Of a stretch of 64,000 nucleotides of DNA, positions 26,067 to 35,617 are shown piece by piece. The DNA is taken from contig QZIP01000011.1 of assembly GCA_003599595.1 (NCBI GenBank), forward strand, positions 2,638 through 66,637, read 5' to 3'. Below the pieces are notes generated by a model that was not told the DNA's origin, made no database searches, and was given only the letters and a program-made list of their open reading frames with translations. This DNA comes from Candidatus Parcubacteria bacterium (GTDB lineage Bacteria > Patescibacteriota > Microgenomatia > Levybacterales > GWA1-39-11). Position numbers and translations under genes: made by a program. Position 1 is the stretch's first letter; each line of letters opens with the position of its first letter.

Positions 26067-26603
26067 TTATGAAGATAAAAATTCTTTCAGTTTTTCAAGT
26101 GCAATTTTTCTCATGCTTATGTTGTTTTTTTCTTCCCGTGACATTTGCCCAAAGGTTTTTTCAAAACCATCCGGTTGAAAAATTGGATCCCAGCCAAACC
26201 CCAGATCTCCTTCGGGAGCAACTATTTTTCCAAAAATTGCGCCTTCAAAAAAATAAATTTCCTCTCTGTTTTTTGCATATCCTATCACGGTTTTTGCCTC
26301 TGCTTTATCATTTCCAAATTTTTGAGCAATATCGGCAAGCCCTTCACTTCCAATAGTCTTTAAAAACCATTTAATCAAAGGCCCCGGCAACCCATGAAGG
26401 CAGTCCAGATAAAGAGAAGTGTCTTCCACAATAAATTCACCCTTTTTGTGTTTTAAAGCCTCCAGAAGCTTCTCCCGGATAATATTTTTGGGATCTATAT
26501 CTTGAATTTCAGGCAAATCAATATCCAACTGCTCAATCTCCGATAATATCATCTGCCCTTCCTTAAATTTATTTTCATTTCCAGTGATGAAGTAGAGAGG
26601 CAT
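26067..26603 (-). CDS. rdgB: Non-canonical purine NTP pyrophosphatase (RdgB/Ham1 family)
   Basis: [10 protein letters not shown]...[22 protein letters not shown]...[12 protein letters not shown]...[18 protein letters not shown]. Confidence 0.85.
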   Translation of the reverse strand: MPLYFITGNENKFKEGQMILSEIEQLDIDLPEIQDIDPKNIIREKLLEALKHKKGEFIVEDTSLYLDCLHGLPGPLIKWFLKTIGSEGLADIAQKFGNDKAEAKTVIGYAKNREEIYFFEGAIFGKIVAPEGDLGFGWDPIFQPDGFEKTFGQMSREEKNNISMRKIALEKLKEFLSS

Positions 26604-26670
26604 AAAAAATAGTTATTAATTAGGTTTATATCAGATGCCCGCCTTCGTTAAAACTTCGGCGAGGTGAAAG

Positions 26671-26759
26671 CGGAGGAGACAGGATTCGAACCTGCGCGAG
26701 CTTTTGACAGCTCAGGGGATTAGCAATCCCCCGCAATGGACCAACTATGCGACTCCTCC
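26671..26759 (-). tRNA. tRNA-Ser with anticodon GCU
   Basis: Reverse complement is GGAGGAGTCGCATAGTTGGTCCATTGCGGGGGATTGCTAATCCCCTGAGCTGTCAAAAGCTCGCGCAGGTTCGAATCCTGTCTCCTCCG. Anticodon loop is TTGCTAA, with a long variable arm and T-loop TTCGAAT. Confidence 0.85.
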
Positions 26760-26923
26760 AAGGTTCACTTATTATATCAAATACCAAGTCCAGTAAAAAC
26801 CTTAGATGGATATTGCTTACAGAATAGTAAAAGGTCAAATTTTGCCATAAAATTGATCCAGTTTTTATCTAATGAGAATAAGTTTTCTAATAGAAAAAAA
26901 TGGAAAAAGATAAGTAGTTAAAA

Positions 26924-29900
26924 CTATCTACCAAAAAATCTTCCTAATCCTCTGCGTTTTGGTGGTTCTGCAACCATTGATCCCCTATATCCCTCCTGGG
27001 GTCTTGCTGCACCAGGTAAAGGAGGTCCTTCAACAAAAGGCATTTCTTCTGGAGGAACCATTTTTATTTCTCTAGGAATACTGGCCTGGACATTGTATGT
27101 TCTCTCCATAGGATGTTTTATTGGAGCGCCTACTTCAGCTAGATCTCTGTCAGGAGTCAGATCTGGTTTGCCCTCATCTTCAACATATTGAGTTGCCAAT
27201 GAGTGCACTCTTAAAGTTCCAGGTTCGCCATTATATCCTGCAAGCTCCGATGCTTTCAGGATATTTAAATTTTGATCTGCTATCAAAGCAGAAGATATAG
27301 TATTTATGCCTACAATTTCACCGCGGCTATTAATAAGTTCTTGTGGAAGATCTATATTGCCTTGCTCATTTGCTTCTACCATAATCTGTCTTCCATCTTT
27401 TAAGTCAACAACATAACTTAATTTATCCAGAGAAATATTTCCACCATTTATATCTTTCATTCGGTCCAATAATTCATCATTTAAATAGGGCACACCTTCT
27501 AGATGAGACGGAATTGGTTCTCCACCAAGTGTTCCACCATAACTTATACGTATTGTCCACTTACCGTCTGAGCTCATATGTTTATCAAAATAAAGAGTTA
27601 ATTCATTTCCTGCAGGGGCTTCGCTCCCATTATGATTCACCCAGCTTTTCATAACATCTGTAGTGTCTGTAATTTGTCTATCTAAAAGCACACTATGGTC
27701 CTGAGAGAGCAAATGATCAACCGTGCTTACTCCTTCTGTATGTGTTTGTGAAATGTAAAATCCTGCTTCTGCAAGGTCTTGTTTTAGGTTGGTAAATTCC
27801 GGACTTTGTGGGTTAATTCCTGTCTTGGACAAATCAAAAGAAAACATCCCATCATCCTTAATCTTTCCCTCAAGTTGCAGACCAGATTTAGAATCCACAA
27901 TCCCTACTTGGGAAACATCTGCATTGACAGTAACTGTTATGTTTTCCACATTGTAAGTTGCAGTTTCATGTCTTGCTATGGTTCCTTGAATTTTTTCTGC
28001 TAAAGAAGGAAGAGTTGTAGTTTTTTCTACTATTTCACCCACTTTAAAACCTTGGGAAGAGAGCTTTTCACTGGTTACAGCTACACTTGCGGAATCACCG
28101 CTTCGCAGATCAAAATTTCCTTTGGCATCAACTTGGCCTTCAACAATCCCACCATTAACACCTGTTATTTTTACTCCTGTACCGTCAATTATCATATTTA
28201 GATCTTGTAATTTTACCTCGTGAGCTCCTGGGGTATTAACTGCGGTTAAAACTTGACTTGCAGCAGGGTTTTCTGCAACAGTCCAATTAGTTGCAGACCG
28301 TATTTCTTCTGGTAAGTCTTCAAAATGGGGAGTTTCTCCATTTAAGCTAACTACTTTTATAGAACCGTCAGACTGAATTTGAATTTGGCGGCCATCAATA
28401 TCAATATTTCCTTGCCCATCATAAAATGTACCAAGATGACTTGGGGCATCTACAGACAGTATTAAGCCACTTTCAAATCTTAAGCTTCCTCCCGTATCAA
28501 AAATTTTCTGAAGATGCTCTTGTGTCATAAGCTCTGCACCTCTTACTCTATCAACCAAAAATCCAACCATCCTCTCTCCAGGAGTTTGCCCTTCTATTAC
28601 TCCCGCATGTTTTAATCCTTGAGCAACTACTTCACTTGATGCAAGTCCTACAATTGCAGCAGTTGCCCCACCTATTGCTCCCTGTCTATTTATCCAGGCG
28701 TCTTTTGCCTTATTTTGCAACCTATTATGGTCTTCCAATCTCTCCCGCCAAACTCTTCTCATTTCTCTTATGTTTTTATCATTTCTTGAAATCACAATAC
28801 CTTCTCTTTGAAGAATTTCCCTGATCCTGCTCATTGCCCTTGTAAGTTCTATTGTTTCTTTTGATCCTGATCTAATACTTTCAAAACTAACCAAGCCTCT
28901 AGCTCTATCTCCTTGAAACGCTGGGAAATTAAGTCTTACATCTATTTCTGCCCATCTCTCAAGCAAAGAGTTTACATTTCTTTCAACCTCTGCCAATTGT
29001 TCTTTTGTCTCTCCTCCCGTAGCTTTAATTTTTGCACTTAAAACATCTTCCATATTTTTTCTCCTCTCTCCGCTCACAAGAGACTTTCCTCCCCCAGAAA
29101 CAAGCTCCCTAGCGGTAGCCATACTTGGAATAAAATCTGTTGCATCTCTTCTTCTTTTTAATTCTTTTCCTTCTTCTCCTTCTGCTCTTAATTCTTGAGC
29201 TTTAACACCCGCAGCGCTGTGTTCCAGTTCTTTATTTGCTTCATGTGCTGCTCTTTCAGCACTAGACCTTCCCCTCAAGCCGCCCATAGTTGTTGACAGG
29301 GCCAAAGAAAGCTGTAAGGGATCTACTCCAAATTCCACTCCTGCCGTTCTCAATCCTTGAAGTCCAAGGTATGTACCTAATCCCGTTGCAAGAGGGGCGC
29401 CCGCAAAACCTCCTCTTCTCTGTTCAAGGGCAGAAAAGAATCTATCAATCAATCCTATGGGCATCTGAGTTTGCTCGGCAAGTCTTGCCCTAAAAACATT
29501 AACCGGAATTCTAAGTTTACCTGATTCAAGCCTAGGTAAATCTCCATTATGCAAAACCATCCAGGCATTGGTTAAAATATTTGTGGCAAAAAAGTTTGAA
29601 GTTTTTCCAAAATGCTCTTTATCAGCAAAAAATTCTTGTATTTGCGGATCTGAAATATGACCTTGCATATAATCTCCCAATTGGGCTTGAATAAATGCCC
29701 TAATCTCACCTTCATTTTCAGAAGTAATACCGCTTTCATTGTATTTTCTAATAATACGCAAAAGTATCTCTTCATTTACATATCGTGTTAATTCAGTATC
29801 TGCTGGAGTAAGTCCCTTTTCTCCGGCAAGCACCCCTTCTTTCCCCATCATCATTCTCTCAATCACGTGTTTCCCTGATTCTTCCATTGCTTCTGTTTCA

Positions 29901-30985
29901 CCTTTGATTTCTTGACTCTCTTCATCTAAATTTTCCCTTGCTATAATATTGACTTTTCTTAATTCACCAAAATATTTCAATTCATTCACTCTTCTCAAAA
30001 ATCCCTGTACATTTCTTCTAAGCATTTTTGGCCAATTAGCGGGATTCAATGTTGTTCCTACCCGGGCAGCAATTTCAACCGCCAATTTTTCTGGTATATC
30101 TGGATAAATTTCTTTGACTCTGTGTTCCATCTCTTTTTGCTTGGCATAGGCCTCCGCACGCATTCCTGCCTCTTCATCCATAGAACCTATAGTCACTCCG
30201 TAGCGCTTCTCAGCAAAAATTGGTTCAGGATTAGGCTCAGTAATAGTTGACGGTTCAGGAGTTGAAACAGTTTCTGCTGGCTTTTTCATCCCGGGAACAA
30301 CATTGACTGCTTCGCCCACTTGGGGTGGCACCAATACATAATTAGGGCTATATTTAAAAGCTTTTATCCTGCCTTCTGCTGGGTCAAAACTTGTAATTCC
30401 AAGCGTTATGTTGTCACTTATTTTTAACAAAAATGCCTTGTCTTCAAGATCTTGTTGGGTAAAGGGGCCAAGCTGTTCTTTGTCTCCAACGGTTATATAA
30501 AGTCTATCTCCTCTCTGTTGTAAAACCCCTGCCCCAAAAGCTTCTGGATCCATAATGTCTGGTAGGATAGTTACCTTCTCAGGGTCCTTTGGGTCGGCTT
30601 TAAAAGCAAGAGTCTCTGCTTGTTTTCCAAGTCTTAATTTCAAAGGAACAGTCACATGATCTGACCCGTTTAGTTCTTCCCAATTTAAGCTCTCGCCCTT
30701 GCCAGTCCTTCTTTTTGGCTCCGGAGGAATTTTATCAGCACCAACAAACATGTCAGGACTTGTTTTGGAGGGGCGGCTTTCAAGTAATGTCATTAGCCTT
30801 ACCTCGTCTCCCTTATCATGTCCTGCTTGATTTATAGGATCTGATTCTAATTTGCGGAAATCTCCCTCAGAAGTTAAACTTGTATCAGGACCTTTTGAAA
30901 TAATTCTTGAAGACTTAAAGGCGTCTTGTCTTTCAGTCATGCCTTCAGCTTCCGCTTCACTTGTTTCAATTGCTTCATCTACCAT
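26924..30985 (-). CDS. Giant hypothetical protein (1353 aa), charged N-terminus, no signal peptide or TM
   Basis: Uninterrupted 4.06 kb ORF in the same operon as the small acidic protein and the VirB4-family ATPase. Confidence 0.65.
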   Translation of the reverse strand: MVDEAIETSEAEAEGMTERQDAFKSSRIISKGPDTSLTSEGDFRKLESDPINQAGHDKGDEVRLMTLLESRPSKTSPDMFVGADKIPPEPKRRTGKGESLNWEELNGSDHVTVPLKLRLGKQAETLAFKADPKDPEKVTILPDIMDPEAFGAGVLQQRGDRLYITVGDKEQLGPFTQQDLEDKAFLLKISDNITLGITSFDPAEGRIKAFKYSPNYVLVPPQVGEAVNVVPGMKKPAETVSTPEPSTITEPNPEPIFAEKRYGVTIGSMDEEAGMRAEAYAKQKEMEHRVKEIYPDIPEKLAVEIAARVGTTLNPANWPKMLRRNVQGFLRRVNELKYFGELRKVNIIARENLDEESQEIKGETEAMEESGKHVIERMMMGKEGVLAGEKGLTPADTELTRYVNEEILLRIIRKYNESGITSENEGEIRAFIQAQLGDYMQGHISDPQIQEFFADKEHFGKTSNFFATNILTNAWMVLHNGDLPRLESGKLRIPVNVFRARLAEQTQMPIGLIDRFFSALEQRRGGFAGAPLATGLGTYLGLQGLRTAGVEFGVDPLQLSLALSTTMGGLRGRSSAERAAHEANKELEHSAAGVKAQELRAEGEEGKELKRRRDATDFIPSMATARELVSGGGKSLVSGERRKNMEDVLSAKIKATGGETKEQLAEVERNVNSLLERWAEIDVRLNFPAFQGDRARGLVSFESIRSGSKETIELTRAMSRIREILQREGIVISRNDKNIREMRRVWRERLEDHNRLQNKAKDAWINRQGAIGGATAAIVGLASSEVVAQGLKHAGVIEGQTPGERMVGFLVDRVRGAELMTQEHLQKIFDTGGSLRFESGLILSVDAPSHLGTFYDGQGNIDIDGRQIQIQSDGSIKVVSLNGETPHFEDLPEEIRSATNWTVAENPAASQVLTAVNTPGAHEVKLQDLNMIIDGTGVKITGVNGGIVEGQVDAKGNFDLRSGDSASVAVTSEKLSSQGFKVGEIVEKTTTLPSLAEKIQGTIARHETATYNVENITVTVNADVSQVGIVDSKSGLQLEGKIKDDGMFSFDLSKTGINPQSPEFTNLKQDLAEAGFYISQTHTEGVSTVDHLLSQDHSVLLDRQITDTTDVMKSWVNHNGSEAPAGNELTLYFDKHMSSDGKWTIRISYGGTLGGEPIPSHLEGVPYLNDELLDRMKDINGGNISLDKLSYVVDLKDGRQIMVEANEQGNIDLPQELINSRGEIVGINTISSALIADQNLNILKASELAGYNGEPGTLRVHSLATQYVEDEGKPDLTPDRDLAEVGAPIKHPMERTYNVQASIPREIKMVPPEEMPFVEGPPLPGAARPQEGYRGSMVAEPPKRRGLGRFFGR

Positions 30986-30994
30986 AATATATTT

Positions 30995-31357
30995 TTATAA
31001 TGGATTTTGAGTTTCTACTTTATTGTTTTCTTCCATTATTTTCTCTCCTAAGTACAAGCTTCTAAAATCAAGCATTGACTGGGCAAAAATAGCCTCAGCA
31101 TCAGGAATATTTGCTTTTAAATAGGAATTCAACTCTTCCATATTTTTATTTTCTTCAGCCATTTTTGTAAATTCCTCAAGTTTTTCCTGTGGAAGACTTT
31201 CAACAATTTTACTAAGCATATATTTATCAAATCTTTCATAAAGCTCTTGAAGAACCGTTTCTTTCATCAGATCCGTATTGTTCATAAGCCCAGCATCCTC
31301 TATCAAAGACTCAAGAAATAATTTAATATCTACTGGAATTTCTAATTGTTTATCCAT
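30995..31357 (-). CDS. Small acidic hypothetical protein (120 aa)
   Basis: First ORF of the minus-strand operon, separated by 9 nt from the giant gene. An AT-rich promoter-like region lies upstream at 31380-31450. Confidence 0.5.
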   Translation of the reverse strand: MDKQLEIPVDIKLFLESLIEDAGLMNNTDLMKETVLQELYERFDKYMLSKIVESLPQEKLEEFTKMAEENKNMEELNSYLKANIPDAEAIFAQSMLDFRSLYLGEKIMEENNKVETQNPL

Positions 31358-31619
31358 AATTCACCTCCTTAATTTTTAATATATATAAGCATTACATAAG
31401 ATAATGACTATTGTCAATATTAGTAATTTATAAAATTTTCTAATTGATCACAGATTCTCTCTTTAGTATAATCTAGTTTTAAGAAGGAAGAGAGATATTG
31501 CGCTTGCTTACAATACTCACTCTTTCTTTTTTTACAACTCAAAAAGGAGAGAAGCAGAAAATTGCTGTCTGCTTTTACTCTTTTAAAGGTTTTATTCTTG
31601 CACTTTGACAAATCAGGAA

Positions 31620-32925
31620 ATCCAGAAAATATACAGATTTTATTTGTGTATGTCTTCTCACAGTTAGCCTTAAGATAACACGGATGAAACTGATCCGTGA
31701 AATCTTATTTTGTAGGACAGATGTAAGGTCCGCATTACCGTAAAGCATTTAGGCCGCGGGAAGAGAAGGAGTAAATAAATTTGACATTTGAAATTTAAAA
31801 TTTGAAATTGGAAATTTATTTCCTCTCTCCCCGTTGTCTTTTTGCTTACGGTCAATGATGATCTGATTCAGTCCCGCAGGCTGGATGAGGGTGAGAGCAA
31901 AGAGAGCGGAGACGGTGATGCTGATGAGAGGGAGGAAAAATGAAAAGGAAGTCGTTACGCGGCAGTAGACAAAGAAGAGAAAGTAAGCCAACAGTCCAAG
32001 TGAAAGATCCTAACAGGATGGGACATTTGCAAACTGAAGGGCGCACATTTGTTGTCTCTCGGGTGTCTCCAGCCTCCGGGCTGTCCGAACCCTTCAGGGC
32101 ATCACCAGCGTGGGTAATACCGGCTCGTTGATATAGTACCAATAGAGATAAAGGGAGCCCACCCCCTCCCTTGATCCACTCTCGTAAAATCTGGAAGGAG
32201 TTAAGGAGTTGCTCAAAGGTGATATTGTGATAGGACTACAGAGGCTTTTCGAGGGTGTAAAAATAACTCCCGGACAAAGCCAGACTCTATACATGGATCC
32301 ATTCGGAGCATTCATTGATCCTCCTTCAGATCCCACACTTAATCCGCTCAGAGGATTCCAAGTCACCCTTGCTCCTGGTCCCAATCTTCCTCTTGAAGCA
32401 GTAGTGGGCATTCTGCTCGGCCTATGGTCGACGGGGAAGGAGTCAGAAGGTATGCAACCGGTCTGCGTCGATAAAGCAGAGGTAGGAAAGGACGGGCGAG
32501 CTCTTCTTGCGGCTTCAGGATCCACTGGGATCTATTTCATTTATCCCGCGTAATCGTTCAGAAGGAGGATGTGATGACAATCGGCACAAAGATCGGACCA
32601 GGAAGACGAGCTCGGACAGGACCACAATCCCGTCAAGGTCTTCAGATGGAAACAACTGGCGGCCCAGACAAGGTTGACCCCAAAGAATGGCAAAAAGGTT
32701 GCTGGGCTTGCCCGGAGTATCCTTGCAACTTCACCGTGCACAAGTGTCCCCATAGAGGTTGCGTGTTCGGATAGTTCGACAATTTGGAATCTGGATTTCC
32801 ATCATCAAGGCAAGAGGAGCGCTTGGGTTTGTGCGGAGGTCCTATTTGACCTCCAACCTTACTCAAGCGCTTTTCTTTTGGCAAAAAAGTTGCCCCAAAG
32901 CCTAATTTAGGTTAAAATTAAGGGT
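31620..32925. other. GC-rich ORF-free region of about 1.3 kb; candidate large structured RNA or foreign-DNA remnant
   Basis: About 50% GC against about 35% in flanks. Only short overlapping ORFs on both strands. Internal hairpins such as GGAGGTCCTATTTGACCTCC. Lies directly 5' of tRNA-Ser(UGA). Confidence 0.3.
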
Positions 32926-32931
32926 GAAAAT

Positions 32932-33016
32932 GGAGGAATTGAGCAATGGTGGCTCACCAGTCTTGAAAACTGGGGTCCGAAAGGACATGTGGGTTCGAGC
33001 CCCACTTCCTCCGCCA
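32932..33016 (+). tRNA. tRNA-Ser with anticodon UGA
   Basis: GGAGGAATTGAGCAATGGTGGCTCACCAGTCTTGAAAACTGGGGTCCGAAAGGACATGTGGGTTCGAGCCCCACTTCCTCCGCCA. Acceptor GGAGGAA/TTCCTCC, anticodon loop CTTGAAA, long variable arm, and CCA is encoded. Confidence 0.85.
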
Positions 33017-33267
33017 CGTAAAAAATTATTGGTATAATTAATCTATGGATACTCAACAACTTAAACTCGCCTTTTTGTTTTTCCTCAATATTCTTTTTGT
33101 GGGTTTTATCTGGCACTTGGACATCAGTCACAATCTTGACAGGCTAAATATTAACAAAACCCGCGGCATCTTGAAAATCTCTCCGGAAACAGGCTACCGT
33201 ATTTCTCAATATGGATTAATCATCATCTTGTTTTTAATAGATTTGCTAGTAATTTTATTATAGTTTT

Positions 33268-33795
33268 ATGATTATCGTTGTTGGTTCCACCAATCCTGCA
33301 AAATTAAATTCTGTTAGAAAGATCTTTAAAAAATATTTTAGAAATGTGATTGTTAAGGGTGTAAAAGTTGAATCAGGAGTTGCCGAACAACCTTTAAGTG
33401 AAGAAGAAATGTTTGAGGGCGCTCTGTCTCGGGCAAAAAACGCTTTAGAAAAAAATAAAATTGCAGATTTTGGAATTGGAATAGAAGGAGGAGTGCATAG
33501 GTTTGGTTATGGCCTGATGGAAAGAGCCCTAGTGGTTATTGTTGATAGAAAGGGAAATATTGGCATCGGTTCATCTGGTGGAGTGGTCTTGCCTGAAAAG
33601 GTATCCAAAAGAATTGAAAAAGGTGAAAATCTCTCTGTGGTTATAGATGATCTTTTTGGGACAAAAGATATAGGTAAAAGCATTGGCATGTTTGGTTTGT
33701 TTACAAAAGAAGTGGTGACCAGGACAAAGGCCTATGAACACGGTGTTGCCTTTGCTCTCTCAAGATTCCTACACCAAAACTTGTTTGAAAAATAA
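33268..33795 (+). CDS. Inosine/xanthosine triphosphatase (YjjX/DUF84 family)
   Basis: MIIVVGSTNPAKLNSVRKIF...VESGVAEQPLSEEEMFEGALSRAKNA...DFGIGIEGGV resembles YjjX-family NTP phosphatases. Confidence 0.65.
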   Translation: MIIVVGSTNPAKLNSVRKIFKKYFRNVIVKGVKVESGVAEQPLSEEEMFEGALSRAKNALEKNKIADFGIGIEGGVHRFGYGLMERALVVIVDRKGNIGIGSSGGVVLPEKVSKRIEKGENLSVVIDDLFGTKDIGKSIGMFGLFTKEVVTRTKAYEHGVAFALSRFLHQNLFEK

Positions 33796-33799
33796 AATT

Positions 33800-34354
33800 A
33801 TGGAGAAAAGATTTGTTTCGCGGGCTGGAGAAAAGCTTCAATTTGCCCTGGAAAAGTTTGAAATCAGCGTTAAAGACAAAATCTGTGCAGATCTTGGCTC
33901 AAGCACAGGTGGATTTGTTGAATGTTTGCTTCAACACGGCGCCCAAAAAGTTTATGCAGTAGAAGTGGGCTATGGAACACTCGCCTGGAAACTTAGGCAA
34001 GACCCTAGAGTTATAGTTCTAGAAAAAACAAATGCTTTACATGTTGAACTGCCGGAACAAGTTGACTTCGTATCTATTGATGTGGGCTGGACTCCTCAAA
34101 AACTCATCATTCGCAAAGCCTTAGAGCTCGTTAAACAAGGAGGAGATATTATCTCACTACTAAAACCTCACTATGAAGCAGATAGAAGGTGGCTCAGACG
34201 CGGAAAGCTCTTAGAAGAATATCTGGATAAAACAGTTGAAAAGGTAAAATCAGAACTCTTAAGCCTTGAAATTACCATAAATGAAATAATCGAATCACCA
34301 ATTATTGGCACCAAAGGTGGCAACAAAGAATACTTAATCTGGATTAAAAAATAA
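33800..34354 (+). CDS. tlyA: TlyA-like (FtsJ-fold) RNA 2'-O-methyltransferase
   Basis: MEKRFVSRAGEKLQFALEKF...CADLGSSTGGFVECLLQHGAQKVYAVEVGYGTLAWKLRQDPRV...DFVSIDVGW. The start was trimmed to the ATG at 33800; the longer ORF from 33734 overlaps the preceding gene. Confidence 0.75.
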   Translation: MEKRFVSRAGEKLQFALEKFEISVKDKICADLGSSTGGFVECLLQHGAQKVYAVEVGYGTLAWKLRQDPRVIVLEKTNALHVELPEQVDFVSIDVGWTPQKLIIRKALELVKQGGDIISLLKPHYEADRRWLRRGKLLEEYLDKTVEKVKSELLSLEITINEIIESPIIGTKGGNKEYLIWIKK

Positions 34355-34356
34355 TT

Positions 34357-34650
34357 ATGATGAGTTTATTGTTTGGATTAATATTTGGAATAATTGTTAC
34401 TTGGATTTTTGAAACTATAATGGTGAACAATAGAAAATTAAGAAAAAATTTTTGGGAAAATAATTTATTAATTTTCGGTTATCACTTTCATCACAGTTTT
34501 TTTAGGATTAGTGCTTATATTAATCGGTTTATTAAAAATTAATTTATTATTGATAGGGTTAGCTTTGGGAATAATAATAGTCCACACTATAACTGACAGA
34601 TTTGTCTTTGTAGAAAAAAATAAAATAATAACTTGCAAATAGATTAGTTT
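34357..34650 (+). CDS. Small membrane protein, apparently frameshifted at a T7 run
   Basis: MMSLLFGLIFGIIVTWIF... continues as ...GLVLILIGLLKINLLLIGLALGIIIVHTI in the +1 frame after the homopolymer at about 34495. Confidence 0.25.
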
Positions 34651-34775
34651 TGAATTAAATTAATAGAGAGTGTAATATATCAGTGTAAATCCTAAAGTTA
34701 AACCTTTATTAATTAATGCGTATAAAAACCGGTGTAATCTAAAGACAATAAGAATATTTCAATTACTGAACTTGT

Positions 34776-35603
34776 ATGCAAGAGATTTTTGTTACTAAAA
34801 GTTCGGGGGAAAAAGAGCCGTTTTCAGAAGAAAAAGTTCTTCTTGCTATGGGGAAAGTTGGGGTGCCGGATTCTCTTAGGCCACAGGTCTTGTCTCACGT
34901 AAAGCAAGGGCTTCACCCAAACATAAAAACCTCTGATATTTTTAATCACATTACAGAGTATTTAAGAGCGCAAGACATTAGGGCCTCAACCAGATTTAAT
35001 CTTAAAAAAGCTATTTTTGATCTTGGTCCTACAGGTTTTCCTTTTGAAAAATATGTCGCTAGAATCTTTGAAAGCTTAGGTTATAAAACGCAGGTAGATA
35101 CTATCCTGGAAGGGGAGTGTGTCAGTCATGAGGTAGACCTAATAATTGAAAAAGAAAATAATAAAGAAATTGCTGAGGTAAAATTTCATAATCATCACGG
35201 TAGCAAGACCGATGTTCAGGTAGCACTTTATTCCTATGCCCGTTTTCTTGATCTCTCAAAAATACACAAAATAAGCGGTCTTTGGATTGTGACAAATACA
35301 AAGCTCTCTCAGGATGCAATAACTTATGCAAAATGTAAGAATGTAAAAGTTATTGCCTGGAATTATCCTCAAAACAATAATCTTCAGCAATTAATAGAAA
35401 AACCTTGTCTTTATCCAATTACTATTTTAAGCTCTTTATCTTCCAAGGAAAAACAAGAATTGCTTGACGCTGGTATTGTTCTTTGCTCAGATTTGTTATC
35501 AAACCCATTGGTAAGACAAATCATTCCGGATCATAATCATTGGCAAAATGTCCAGCAGGAAGCCCAGGTTGTCTGGCCCCTGTCATCCAACAGGGCCATA
35601 TGA
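34776..35603 (+). CDS. ATP-cone domain fused to a PD-(D/E)xK (Mrr-like) nuclease domain
   Basis: N-terminal ATP-cone-like segment (TKSSGEKEPFSEEKVLLAMGKVGVPDSL...). Then GFPFEKYVARIFESLGY...HEVDLIIEKENNKEIAEVKF with a D...E.K catalytic pattern. Confidence 0.5.
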   Translation: MQEIFVTKSSGEKEPFSEEKVLLAMGKVGVPDSLRPQVLSHVKQGLHPNIKTSDIFNHITEYLRAQDIRASTRFNLKKAIFDLGPTGFPFEKYVARIFESLGYKTQVDTILEGECVSHEVDLIIEKENNKEIAEVKFHNHHGSKTDVQVALYSYARFLDLSKIHKISGLWIVTNTKLSQDAITYAKCKNVKVIAWNYPQNNNLQQLIEKPCLYPITILSSLSSKEKQELLDAGIVLCSDLLSNPLVRQIIPDHNHWQNVQQEAQVVWPLSSNRAI

Positions 35604-35617
35604 AATGACGTGGCAAA

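Noticed and set aside
31620-32925. RNase P RNA, tmRNA, SRP RNA, rRNA fragment, or group I/II intron in the GC-rich block
   Set aside because: Conserved signatures were not found. These include GGAAAGTCCGGGC / ACAGAAnCCGGCTTA for RNase P, GGTTCGAnTCC plus CCA for tmRNA, GGAAGCAGC for SRP, GUGYG plus domain V for group II, and rRNA 5' or 530-loop sequences. The identity remains open.
34357-34542. 61-aa ORF as a stand-alone gene
   Set aside because: It probably represents the first half of a small membrane protein interrupted by a frameshift at a T7 homopolymer. It is reported as a low-confidence frameshifted CDS instead.
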